Below are positions 17,548-26,581 of a DNA stretch of 50,240 nt, piece by piece. Source of the stretch: Anaerolineaceae bacterium (GTDB lineage: Bacteria > Chloroflexota > Anaerolineae > Anaerolineales > Anaerolineaceae); contig WOZA01000112.1 of NCBI GenBank assembly GCA_011620505.1, positions 1 to 50,240 of the forward strand, read 5' to 3'. The notes below the pieces were generated by a model. That model did not search any database and was not told the DNA's origin. It was given only the letters and a program-made list of their open reading frames with translations. Both the position numbers and the translations under genes were made by a program. Each line of letters starts with the position of its first letter. The stretch's first letter is position 1.

Positions 17548-20436
17548 ATGCAAACATTGCATGTTATTTCCCATACCCATTGGGATCGCGAATGGTATAA
17601 GACCTTCCAACAGTTCCGCCTGCAGCTCGTCCACCTTGTGGATAATCTTTTAATCATCCTGGATAATGACCCGGATTACCTGCATTTCATGCTGGATGGG
17701 CAGACAATTGTGCTTGAGGACTACTTGCAGGTTCGCATGGCAAACTTGCCGCGGTTGCAGCAATATATCCGGGAAAATCGGATCCTGATCGGTCCCTGGT
17801 ACGTCCTGCCGGATGAATTCCTGGTTTCCCCGGAAGCGATCGTGCGCAATTTGTTGATCGGGAAAGATATCTGTCAGCTTTTTGGTCAGCGCATGATGGT
17901 TGGCTACATCCCCGACCCCTTCGGACATCTCTCCCAGTTACCGCAGATCCTCAACGGCTTTCACATGGATACCGCCTGTCTTTGGCGCGGCGTGCCAGAT
18001 GGCTCCCCCACGCTGCTCACCTGGCAATCCCCCGATGGCTCCAGCGTCCTGCTGGCTCACCTCTACGATGGTTATGGCAATCTTGCCGAATGGCCAGCCT
18101 CTGATCCCGACCAATCAACATACCTCCTCAATGCCGAAGCTGATAAGCTTCAACCCTATAACCCCAGTTCGCATTACCTGATGATGCGCGGTAGCGATCA
18201 CCTTGAACCCCGTCCGGAACTGCCTGAGCATCTACGCTACTTCAACCAGCACAATCAGTCAGACCGGCAGGCAATCCACTCCACTCTTCCAGGTTACCTG
18301 GCAGCCGTCACCAATGAAATTTCTGAACGAAACATCCCTCTCCAGACCCTGCAGGGTGAGCTGCGCGACCCCCACAAGGCTCACATTTTGCCAGCTGTCC
18401 TTTCAGCCAGGATGTGGATCAAGCAGCGCAATCACCACTCGCAGAACTTGCTCGAACGCTGGGTGGAGCCGTTTTCCACCTGGGCTGAACTACAAACCCG
18501 CGGTAAAGCGGCCTTCACTCCACCCACCATACATCAAAAAACCCGTCGCATTGCCGACCCCGGATCGGTCGTGCACCAGGCATGGAAACTGCTCATCACC
18601 AATCACCCGCACGATTCCATTTGCGGCTGCTCCATCGATGCCACCCATCATGACATGATCAGCCGATTCGACCAGGTCGATCAAATGGGCGAAGAACTCA
18701 CCAGCCAGTCACTGGACGCTCTCAGTTTCGAGATCAACACGTCACCAAACGGCAATCATGGTGAGTACGCGGCTCTGACAGTTTTCAACGCTTCCCCCTA
18801 CCGCCACAGCGCGATCGTTAGTCCCTCGATAGATATACCTCATAACCTCAAATCGCTGCGTGTCATCGATTCAGATGGCAAGCAGGTTGCGGTGGATTAC
18901 ATGTTGCGCGGACCTGTATTTAAAGAGTCCAATGTTTATCCTGTCCGGGAACTCATGGGGCTTCTCCAGGGAGCTTCCGAGTCGGGTCATGATGGCAAAG
19001 CCCTGGTTTACGCCAAGCTGACGAATGAAAATGGACTGCCTTGCATTGAAGCTGAGTTTTCATCTCTGCTCAAACCCGATCTCGAGAACCTTGCTGCTGC
19101 ATTCAACCAGGTAACCGCCCTGATCTCACATTCTGATCCGGAAGCCCTGGTTAGAGTGAAGGTCTTCAATGTGCCCACTGCCACCCTGGATATTCTCGCT
19201 GAAAATCTTCCTGCTATGGGCTACCGCACTTATTGGATCTGCAAATCTAACAAACCGGGCAATGCCTATGAAGAGCCGGAGGAGGATCTGGACGATTTCA
19301 TCTCCAACCAATTCCTGGAAATCCAAGTCGCCGGTGCTGATGGTAGCCTCCGCCTGGCGGACCTCCGAACAGGTCGTGTTTTTGAGGGGCTGTGCCGGAT
19401 CGTGGACGTGGGAGACCGCGGCGATGAGTACAACTTTACACCCCCTGAACATGACACTGAGATCCGACCCAGGTTGGTTTCTACAACCAAGTACAAAACC
19501 AGTCTGTATGAGGCTCTCATGCTGAGCCTGATAATCGACCTGCCTGTCTCTCTGACAGAATCGCGCGACAGTCGCGAGAAAACCACCATTACCCACAACC
19601 TCGATGTTCTGGTAAGACTGGTCAAAAATGTACCGCAGGCAGAAGTCCAGGTCCACTTCGAAAACGAAGCGCTCGATCATCGCCTTGGGGTACGCTTCAA
19701 AACCGGTCTGAAGGTAGATTCTGCCCGCTATGATGGGCATTACGATATCCTCACCCGCGCCATTGATCTCCCCAAGACCGACAGTTCCTGGCGTGAGTTG
19801 CCCCGCCCCGAAGTGCCCCAGCGCAGTTTCGTGGATGTGAGCAATGAGCAGGGCGGGTTGATGATTGCCAACAGTGGCTTGCCTGAAGTCGCAGTGGTAC
19901 GCGACAAAAATGGTGACGCCGAAATCAACCTCACCTTGCTGCGTTGCGTTGGCTGGCTCAGCCGGGATGACCTCTGGAACCGGGTCGGTCATGCCGGCCC
20001 ACCCCTGCAGACCCCCGACGCCCAGGAGTTGCGCCCCTATACCTTCGATTTCTGCATCATTCCGCACGGTCCCGACTTTTTTGAGGCTGTGAAGTTAGCG
20101 CAATCCTTCCAGACTGACCTGGAGGTCAGAACCTCCAGCCTGCATCCCGGCAGTCTGCCTGCCAAAAGCGCCATGGTGGAAGTATCTCATGCGGAATTCA
20201 TGATCACAGCCATCAAGGAAGCCGAAGATGAAAGCGGCTGGGTCGTGCGCGGCGTTAACCTGGGAGATGAAACCATCCACTTAAACTTGAAACCTAATAT
20301 GCTCAACAAAAGCGCTCATTTGGTGAACCTCGACGAAAGTCTCATTCACGACCTGGTGCAACAGCCTGACGGCAGCGTGGAGCTTGAGGTTCCTTCAAGG
20401 CGCGTTATCAGCATCTTGTTCAAAATCACAGACTGA
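17548..20436 (+). CDS. Glycoside hydrolase family 38 alpha-mannosidase-like protein
   Basis: It has the N-terminal HTHWDREW metal-binding motif and the GPWYVLPDEF motif. The length of ~960 aa is typical of bacterial GH38. A GGAGAGG SD precedes the ATG. Confidence 0.85.
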   Translation: MQTLHVISHTHWDREWYKTFQQFRLQLVHLVDNLLIILDNDPDYLHFMLDGQTIVLEDYLQVRMANLPRLQQYIRENRILIGPWYVLPDEFLVSPEAIVRNLLIGKDICQLFGQRMMVGYIPDPFGHLSQLPQILNGFHMDTACLWRGVPDGSPTLLTWQSPDGSSVLLAHLYDGYGNLAEWPASDPDQSTYLLNAEADKLQPYNPSSHYLMMRGSDHLEPRPELPEHLRYFNQHNQSDRQAIHSTLPGYLAAVTNEISERNIPLQTLQGELRDPHKAHILPAVLSARMWIKQRNHHSQNLLERWVEPFSTWAELQTRGKAAFTPPTIHQKTRRIADPGSVVHQAWKLLITNHPHDSICGCSIDATHHDMISRFDQVDQMGEELTSQSLDALSFEINTSPNGNHGEYAALTVFNASPYRHSAIVSPSIDIPHNLKSLRVIDSDGKQVAVDYMLRGPVFKESNVYPVRELMGLLQGASESGHDGKALVYAKLTNENGLPCIEAEFSSLLKPDLENLAAAFNQVTALISHSDPEALVRVKVFNVPTATLDILAENLPAMGYRTYWICKSNKPGNAYEEPEEDLDDFISNQFLEIQVAGADGSLRLADLRTGRVFEGLCRIVDVGDRGDEYNFTPPEHDTEIRPRLVSTTKYKTSLYEALMLSLIIDLPVSLTESRDSREKTTITHNLDVLVRLVKNVPQAEVQVHFENEALDHRLGVRFKTGLKVDSARYDGHYDILTRAIDLPKTDSSWRELPRPEVPQRSFVDVSNEQGGLMIANSGLPEVAVVRDKNGDAEINLTLLRCVGWLSRDDLWNRVGHAGPPLQTPDAQELRPYTFDFCIIPHGPDFFEAVKLAQSFQTDLEVRTSSLHPGSLPAKSAMVEVSHAEFMITAIKEAEDESGWVVRGVNLGDETIHLNLKPNMLNKSAHLVNLDESLIHDLVQQPDGSVELEVPSRRVISILFKITD

Positions 20437-20446
20437 GGGCCCGGTT

Positions 20447-21418
20447 TTGACACAAGCTGACTTCTTCATCGCGGATATTCCCATCCATGGGCGGCTGATC
20501 CTGGCGCCGATGGATGGCATCTCGGATGCAGCGTTTCGCCTGCTTACCCGCAGGCTCGGTTCGGCTTATTCGGTCTCCGAATTTATCAACACGCTCGACT
20601 ACGCCCATCAAAAAAACTATCAAAAGAAGCGTCTCCTCGCGCGTGACGAAGAACGTCCCTTCGCGGCACAGCTGCTTGATAACGATGCTGTCCGCATGGC
20701 GGAGTGCGCCGCCCGCATCGAAGAAGAATTCCATCCCGACATGATCGACATCAACATGGGTTGCGCCGCCAAAAGCGTGGCCGGTCGGGGAGCTGGCGTT
20801 GGAATGATGCGCAATCCGCAGCTGGTTAAAGATGCTGTCTTGCTGGTATCGCGTGCTGTCAAGGTTCCAGTGACCGTCAAGATGCGATTGGGTTGGGACA
20901 GTAATTCACAAAACTATCTCGAAATAGCCGGCCTGGCAGCAGAAAATGGCGCCAAGGCCATCGCGCTGCACGGACGCACCGGCAAGATTTCTTATCAAAA
21001 ACCTGCGCAGTGGCAGCCTATCGCTGAACTAAAGCGTGCCTTTCCGCAGTTGCCTGTCATCGGCAACGGCGACGTCGTCACTCCCGCCGATGCGCGCCGC
21101 ATGCTGGAGCAAACCGGCTGCGACGCAGTTATGATCGGACGGGCAGCCAAGGCCAACCCCTGGATCTTTTCCTGGCGCGATCGGGATGAGGTCAGCATCC
21201 AGGAAGTGGCAGAAACCACTCTTTGGCAGTTGAAGGATATGCTTGCAACAGACCCTGAGAACGCCATCATGCCTTTTCGCAAATACCTGAAGGCTTATCT
21301 CGAACCCTATCAGCTTCCGCGCGAGACCATGCGAGCCTTGCTTACCTGCAGCGATGCCAGCGAACTTTTAACCTTGCTTAATGATACCTTTACCAAACTG
21401 GGAGCAAGCTTAAAGTAA
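20447..21418 (+). CDS. tRNA-dihydrouridine synthase (Dus family)
   Basis: It has LAPMDGISDAAFR, the IDINMGC catalytic-Cys region, and VPVTVKMRLGWD. The start is uncertain. TTG 20447 is preceded by GAGGG with a 7-nt spacing, whereas the ORF-track start 20384 would overlap the GH38 gene. Confidence 0.8.
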   Translation: MTQADFFIADIPIHGRLILAPMDGISDAAFRLLTRRLGSAYSVSEFINTLDYAHQKNYQKKRLLARDEERPFAAQLLDNDAVRMAECAARIEEEFHPDMIDINMGCAAKSVAGRGAGVGMMRNPQLVKDAVLLVSRAVKVPVTVKMRLGWDSNSQNYLEIAGLAAENGAKAIALHGRTGKISYQKPAQWQPIAELKRAFPQLPVIGNGDVVTPADARRMLEQTGCDAVMIGRAAKANPWIFSWRDRDEVSIQEVAETTLWQLKDMLATDPENAIMPFRKYLKAYLEPYQLPRETMRALLTCSDASELLTLLNDTFTKLGASLK

Positions 21419-21422
21419 GTTC

Positions 21423-21446
21423 CTCCGGATGTACTTTCATCCGGAG
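21423..21446 (+). terminator. Stem-loop downstream of the Dus gene (no U tract)
   Basis: CTCCGGAT-GTACTTTC-ATCCGGAG forms an 8-bp stem. It is followed by an A-rich rather than a T-rich sequence. Confidence 0.3.
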
Positions 21447-21482
21447 TAAAATAAGAAAACTGAACAAAAGAGGAGACAATTA

Positions 21483-22811
21483 ATGAACTCAAGCCAATCT
21501 ATTGAAGATAAGAGTTACAAGCGCGTTATCCGCGCCTGGACCATGTACGATTGGGCGAACTCCGCTTTCGCCACCACGATTATGGGCGCGATTTTGCCCA
21601 CCTACTTCGGCGCCTATATCGCCAGCGGCAATTCCGTTCCGATTTGGGGTTATGCGGTCGCCATCGGCAGCCTCATCGCTGCTTTGCTCAGCCCGATCCT
21701 CGGCGGCATCGCAGATTTCAGAGCCTCCAAGAAACTCTTCCTTGGGATCTTCGCAGCCCTCGGCATCATTAGCACCGCTTTGTTATTCTTTGTTTCCGGT
21801 CCGGAACAACAAACCCTTTGCATCGTGCTCTATATCCTTGGAACGATTGGATTCGCTGGCTCGCTGGTTTTCTACGACTCCCTGCTGCCGCATGTGGCAA
21901 AACCGGAAGATATGGACAAAGTTTCTTCCCGCGGATATGCTGTCGGGTATATCGGCGGTGGAGTGCTGCTGCTCATCAATGTCCTCATGATTTTCGTAGG
22001 ACCAAACTTCTTGACAAATATGACCAACGAAGCAGCCACGCAATTAATGATGCGCCTCAGCCTGGCGAGTGTTGCGATCTGGTGGGCAGTGTTCTCCATT
22101 CCCCTTTTCCGAAGGGTTAAAGAGCCTGCCGCCATGGCAGAGAAACAAGAAATTGGGAAAAGTGGCATCACTGTCAGCCTCCAACGCCTTGGCAAAGCCT
22201 TACGCGAGATCCGTGATTACCAGGACCTTTTCTGGTTCCTGCTGACGTTCCTGGTTTACTCCAACGGCATCGGCACCATCATCACCATGGCTGCAGCCTT
22301 CGCCACAGATCTGGGGTTCAGCACTATGACTGTGTTGGGCACTTTCCTGATGGTTCAGTTCGTAGCTGCGCCATTTGCTTTGCTTTTCGGCAGGCTCGGC
22401 TCCAAGCTTGGTAACAAAAAGGCGATTTCCATCAGCCTGGTTATTTACACCCTGGTGGCAATTATAGGCTACTTCATGACCAAAGATTGGCATATGTTCG
22501 CACTGGGCTTTGGTGTGGCAACCGTGCAGGGCGGCAGCCAGGCTCTGAGCCGCTCTTTAATCGGTAAACTCATGCCTAAGAGTAAAACTGCGGAATTTTA
22601 CGGCCTTTTCAGCGTTTCAGAGAAATTCAATACCATCGTCGGTCCGGCAATCATGGCGCTGGTCACCCAACTCACCGGCAATGTCCGCCTGGGCATTATA
22701 TCGCTGGTTATCTTTTTCATAGTTGGCATACTGATGCTCCAGAAGGTCGACCTCGAACGTGGCGCACGTAAGGCAAAAGCGGAAGACGAACTCATGATTG
22801 TGATTGAATGA
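21483..22811 (+). CDS. MFS transporter, UMF1 (Atg22-like) family
   Basis: The N-terminal motif is WTMYDWANSAFATTIM. There are about 12 TM segments. A GAGGAG SD precedes the ATG. Confidence 0.8.
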   Translation: MNSSQSIEDKSYKRVIRAWTMYDWANSAFATTIMGAILPTYFGAYIASGNSVPIWGYAVAIGSLIAALLSPILGGIADFRASKKLFLGIFAALGIISTALLFFVSGPEQQTLCIVLYILGTIGFAGSLVFYDSLLPHVAKPEDMDKVSSRGYAVGYIGGGVLLLINVLMIFVGPNFLTNMTNEAATQLMMRLSLASVAIWWAVFSIPLFRRVKEPAAMAEKQEIGKSGITVSLQRLGKALREIRDYQDLFWFLLTFLVYSNGIGTIITMAAAFATDLGFSTMTVLGTFLMVQFVAAPFALLFGRLGSKLGNKKAISISLVIYTLVAIIGYFMTKDWHMFALGFGVATVQGGSQALSRSLIGKLMPKSKTAEFYGLFSVSEKFNTIVGPAIMALVTQLTGNVRLGIISLVIFFIVGILMLQKVDLERGARKAKAEDELMIVIE

Positions 22812-22840
22812 CTTTGAATTCCAAGCTAACCGTTAGTTTT

Positions 22841-22869
22841 AACCTCCCAATTCCTCTGGGAGGTTTTTT
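22841..22869 (+). terminator. Rho-independent terminator after the MFS gene
   Basis: AACCTCCCA-ATTCCTC-TGGGAGGTT forms a 9-bp stem. It is followed by TTTT. Confidence 0.75.
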
Positions 22870-22900
22870 GTTATCATTTTGTAACAATTTTCAGATTCTC

Positions 22901-22928
22901 TTTACATCCTGCTCAAAGTGACTATAAT
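22901..22928 (+). promoter_or_regulatory. Sigma-70-type promoter TTTACA-16-TATAAT for the ATP-grasp/GNAT genes
   Basis: TTTACA lies at 22901-22906 and TATAAT at 22923-22928. The -10 ends 38 nt upstream of ATG 22967. Confidence 0.55.
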
Positions 22929-22966
22929 TCTGTTGCTTAACATCACAATTCCGGGAGAATTGACAA

Positions 22967-24028
22967 ATGAAGAAATTCCGCGTGGCGGTATTGGCAAACA
23001 TCAAGGCGAACGCGCCTGCCTTTGAAGGCATGAGTGAGGATCAGTGGGACGATCTCGACTCAGAATCTACTGTCCTCTCTCTGCGCGATGCCATCCGCGC
23101 TGGTGGGCACGAATGTGAATTCCTCGAAGCCGACGAATCTATCATTGATACCGTTCGCGCTTACAAACCTGACATCTGTTTCAATATTGCCGAGGGACAC
23201 TTCGGCGACTCGCGTGAAGCGCAAATCCCCGCCATCCTCGAGAAACTCCAGATCCCCTACACCGGTTCAAAGGTGCTCACGCTCGCCCTCGCTCTTGACA
23301 AACCCATGACCAAGCGTATTCTCGCCTGGCACAATCTGCCTACGCCTGAATTTCAATCCTTCGAACGCGAAGATGAACCCCTGGAGGAGGGTATGCACTA
23401 CCCCCTGTTCATCAAACCCAGCCGCGAAGGCACGGGAATGGGCATTTCTTACCAGTCCATCCTGCATAACGATAAGGAACTTCGAACGCAGCTGCGCTAC
23501 ATCCTTAAACGCTACAAACAGCCAGCCTTGGTGGAGCGCTTTATTGAAGGGCGTGAGGTCACAGTCGGCCTGGTTGGCAACCTGATTGGCCCTGTTGCCC
23601 GCCGTATTCCCCTGGATGAAGACGCGCATCGCATTCACGCCGGCTTGCACTTTCTGCCCCCCATGGAAGTAAATCTCGACCCCTACCTTGAGACCGATGG
23701 CGTCTACGGCAATTACCTGAAAACCGCCCTGGCTGCTGAACTTGAGTATCTCTGCCCTGCTCCATTGGACGAAGACATGGTGGATGAACTCAACTGGCTG
23801 GCAGCAGCTGTCTTCCGCGTTACAGGCGCTCTTGATTTCGCCCGAATTGACTTTCGGCTCGACCAGAACGACAACCTCAAACCATACATTCTCGAGATCA
23901 ATCCTCTGCCAGGATTGATGCCCAAGCTTTCTGACATTGTCATCGAAGCCAATGCTGACGGGATCAGTCATACCGAGTTGATCAACCTGATCCTGAACAC
24001 CGCGCTGGCGCGTTATGGCATGATTTAG
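22967..24028 (+). CDS. ATP-grasp ligase of the D-Ala-D-Ala ligase family (atypical N-terminus, probably not the cell-wall Ddl)
   Basis: It has EGHFGDSREAQIPAILEKLQIPYTGS, LDKPMTKRIL, LFIKPSREGTGMGIS and EINPLPGL. It lacks the canonical GGxSxEHEVS N-terminal motif of Ddl. Confidence 0.8.
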   Translation: MKKFRVAVLANIKANAPAFEGMSEDQWDDLDSESTVLSLRDAIRAGGHECEFLEADESIIDTVRAYKPDICFNIAEGHFGDSREAQIPAILEKLQIPYTGSKVLTLALALDKPMTKRILAWHNLPTPEFQSFEREDEPLEEGMHYPLFIKPSREGTGMGISYQSILHNDKELRTQLRYILKRYKQPALVERFIEGREVTVGLVGNLIGPVARRIPLDEDAHRIHAGLHFLPPMEVNLDPYLETDGVYGNYLKTALAAELEYLCPAPLDEDMVDELNWLAAAVFRVTGALDFARIDFRLDQNDNLKPYILEINPLPGLMPKLSDIVIEANADGISHTELINLILNTALARYGMI

Positions 24029-24037
24029 TGCTGGTTT

Positions 24038-24484
24038 ATGCCTGAAGCTGTTCTGCGGTTGATGACCCCCGAAGATTACCCTGCTCTGTTCGCCCTTTGG
24101 AACAGCGTGCCGGGTTTTAACCTTGGACTGCGCAGCCTGGACGACAGTGAAGCAGGCATCCTCAAGTTCCTGAAGCGAAATCCCAGCACGTGTTTTGTAG
24201 CAGAAATTGCCGGTGAGATTGTTGGCGGCATCCTGGCCGGGCATGACGGCAGGCGCGGCTATATTTACCACGCCATCGTTCTGCCCGAACACCAGAGCAA
24301 GGGAATCGGAAAGCAGCTGGCAGATGCTGCCTGTGAGGCTCTGAGAGCAGAAGGGATCAACAGGGCAGGCTTGCTGGTCTTTGCGACAAACCAGCAAGGC
24401 AATGCCTTCTGGGAAAGCCAGGGCTGGCAGACCCGCCCGGATCTCACCTACCGCAATAAATCCCTCAACGAGGAAAATCGCTGA
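24038..24484 (+). CDS. GNAT family N-acetyltransferase
   Basis: The acetyl-CoA binding motif is HQSKGIGKQL within a ~148-aa GNAT-sized protein. Confidence 0.85.
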   Translation: MPEAVLRLMTPEDYPALFALWNSVPGFNLGLRSLDDSEAGILKFLKRNPSTCFVAEIAGEIVGGILAGHDGRRGYIYHAIVLPEHQSKGIGKQLADAACEALRAEGINRAGLLVFATNQQGNAFWESQGWQTRPDLTYRNKSLNEENR

Positions 24485-24485
24485 T

Positions 24486-24964
24486 ATGCCCACCATCTTA
24501 CGTCCAGCCCTACCAAAAGACATTCCCCTGCTGATCAAGACCCGGCTGGATTTTTTTATACTCTCGGTTACCCCATCCTCCCCGACGATTTGCCAAAGGT
24601 AAATCAGCAACTCGATACTTTTCTATCTGAACATCTTGAGCGTGACCTCTTCGCCTGGATAGCCATGGAAGGCGAAGCGATGGCCGCGGTTGGGTTTTTA
24701 CAGGTTGTTCGAGTGATGTGGCATCCAGGGGTACCTGATGGGCAATATGGACGGATCATCAACATCCTCACTTGGCCCGAGTATCGTCACCAGGGTTTGG
24801 CGCGAGCAATTATGCAGGCATTGATCCAAAAAGCCCGGGAGATCAACCTGCCTTATATCGATCTCGATGCCACTCCTGATGGGCAGCCGCTCTACGAGAG
24901 CCTGGGCTTCAGCTTGCTGCAAGCCAAACATCCACCGATGAGACTTTATCTCTCAGCTCATTAA
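24486..24964 (+). pseudogene. Second GNAT acetyltransferase, split by a frameshift in a T7 run
   Basis: ATG 24486 gives MPTILRPALPKDIPLLIKTRLDFF in one frame. The GNAT body (YTLGYPILPDDLPKVNQQLD...YRHQGLARAIM...) continues in another frame from 24557. The junction is the TTTTTTT run at 24551-24557. Confidence 0.6.
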
Positions 24965-25058
24965 AGACCAGTAAGCAAATCCTACTTCCGCTCCTTTAAA
25001 CTGGCATGATTCATGCTGCGATCCAGGGTGAACCATTCGTTTAGTGAAAGGAGGCGCA

Positions 25059-25409
25059 ATGGCTCATTGGTCCTTTTGTGGCATGAATTGTGAGGAATGC
25101 CCCGTCTACCAGGCCACCCAAAAGCAAGATCAGGCGCACAAGGTCTGGCTGGCAGCAGAGTATTCGAGTGAGAGCAGTTGGTATTCTCCATCAGAAATGA
25201 CCTGCCAGGGCTGCCACAGCCAGCAGCGTCTGGAGAGCAAGATGTGCCAGGCTTGCTCCTTGCGAAAATGTGCTACCAGCCGCGTCCGCCAAACTTGTGC
25301 AGAATGCCCTGACTTTCCCTGTAGTCTGATTGAGCGCTACGTCTCCATCGAGACCGATGCCCGCTGCCAGCTCCAGCTCTGGCACGAACGCCTGACGGCT
25401 ACGGTCTAA
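25059..25409 (+). CDS. DUF3795-like Cys-rich (putative metal-binding) protein
   Basis: An AAGGAGG SD at 25048-25054 precedes ATG 25059. The Cys pattern is FCGMNCEECP...CQGC...CQAC..RKC...CAECPDFPC. Confidence 0.7.
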   Translation: MAHWSFCGMNCEECPVYQATQKQDQAHKVWLAAEYSSESSWYSPSEMTCQGCHSQQRLESKMCQACSLRKCATSRVRQTCAECPDFPCSLIERYVSIETDARCQLQLWHERLTATV

Positions 25410-25476
25410 AGCACTCCTTCTTTGGGGATGCTGCTTTTCAGGAAAAACCTGTATTTTCAACAGCGAATTGAAAGAT

Positions 25477-25505
25477 AAAAAAACCGGCGAAATATCGCCG
25501 GTTTT
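25477..25505. terminator. Bidirectional intrinsic terminator
   Basis: The sequence is AAAAAAA-CCGGCGA-AATA-TCGCCGG-TTTT. It lies between convergent genes. Confidence 0.75.
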
Positions 25506-25525
25506 ACCAATTTTTCACTAACTAA

Positions 25526-26572
25526 CTATATCTTGCCCCTCATACGTGGGTCCAACACGTCTCGCAACGCATCTCCCACCAGGTTCCAGCCCATGACAAA
25601 CAAGGTCAGCGTCACACCAGGGAAAACCACGATATACCAGTAGCGGTCCAGGTTGGTGATCCAGTTTCGTGCAAAACTGAGGATCTGCCCCCAGTCGGCA
25701 TAACCTACTTCGGTACCGATTCCAAGGAAGGAAAGCGAGGCGAAACCGAGCACGACCTCACCGATACCAAGGCTCGCCAGCACCAGCGTTGGGAAAATAG
25801 CATTCGGTAGAACGTGTTTGAACAAAATGCGGTTCTTCTTGACGCCCGAGACCTTGGCTGCCAAAACAAAATCGCGTTCCTTGATAGACAGAATATCGGA
25901 GCGGATAACACGTGCGTAACCCATCCAGCCGAAGGTAGTCATGGCAATCAATGGTGGCCACAAACTGCGTCCGAGAACAGGGGTCAGAACTGCCGAGAAA
26001 ATCAGCGCCATCATGATATATGGAAGTGTCATGAAAATATCTGTGATTCTCATAATGACGTTATCCACCCAACCGCCATAATAGCCTGCAATGGAGCCCA
26101 ATACTACGCCAATGATCACCGTCACAGCCACGACCAAGAGACCAGTATTAAAAGCGGTTCGGGTACCCCAGACAATACCATACAAAATGTCATATTGACC
26201 CTGCGTGGTCCCCAGCACATGCGTCATTTCGGTTTTACCAGTCAAAGGTTCATACCAAAATGGCATATCAGGTACTTTACGAGTCCACTCTGCTCCAGGA
26301 CCCCTTGGTTCACCGCTATAGCCATCGCGGGGCATTTTAAAGGGGTCGTTATCAACAGGAGGCATGATCGCAGGAGCAAAAACTGCGATCAGAACAAAAA
26401 TCAGGATCAAAATAAAACCAATAATGGATGCTGGCGTTTTGAATAAGCCTTTGACAATACGATAGTTATCAGTTCCCAGCGTTTTTTCCAGCCAGGTGAT
26501 CTTTCGGTCACTAAAGACCTCATCGAGCATACGGTTGTCACCAGTCGGGATCATTTCAGGTTGTTCAGTCAT
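25526..26572 (-). CDS. Peptide/nickel ABC transporter permease (OppC/DppC-like)
   Basis: It has 6 TM segments, a binding-protein-dependent permease fold, and an OppC-type N-terminal extension. An AAGGAG SD lies 5 nt before the ATG. Confidence 0.9.
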   Translation of the reverse strand: MTEQPEMIPTGDNRMLDEVFSDRKITWLEKTLGTDNYRIVKGLFKTPASIIGFILILIFVLIAVFAPAIMPPVDNDPFKMPRDGYSGEPRGPGAEWTRKVPDMPFWYEPLTGKTEMTHVLGTTQGQYDILYGIVWGTRTAFNTGLLVVAVTVIIGVVLGSIAGYYGGWVDNVIMRITDIFMTLPYIMMALIFSAVLTPVLGRSLWPPLIAMTTFGWMGYARVIRSDILSIKERDFVLAAKVSGVKKNRILFKHVLPNAIFPTLVLASLGIGEVVLGFASLSFLGIGTEVGYADWGQILSFARNWITNLDRYWYIVVFPGVTLTLFVMGWNLVGDALRDVLDPRMRGKI

Positions 26573-26581
26573 CTGGGCTCC

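Noticed and set aside
23267-24610. A 447-codon ORF lies antisense to the ATP-grasp and GNAT genes. Similar long antisense ORFs occur at 347-850, 8253-8804, 16487-17215, 19126-20067, 25814-26446, 27767-28354, 28931-29446, 34315-34836, 36693-37739, 41108-41947 and 45699-46505.
   Set aside because: Each one is in codon phase with the recognisable sense gene, with the same coordinate modulo 3. Stops in that antisense frame arise only from sense TTA, CTA or TCA codons, which these genes rarely use. The translations are low-complexity (R/G/A/S-rich) with no motifs, whereas the sense strands carry clear family signatures.
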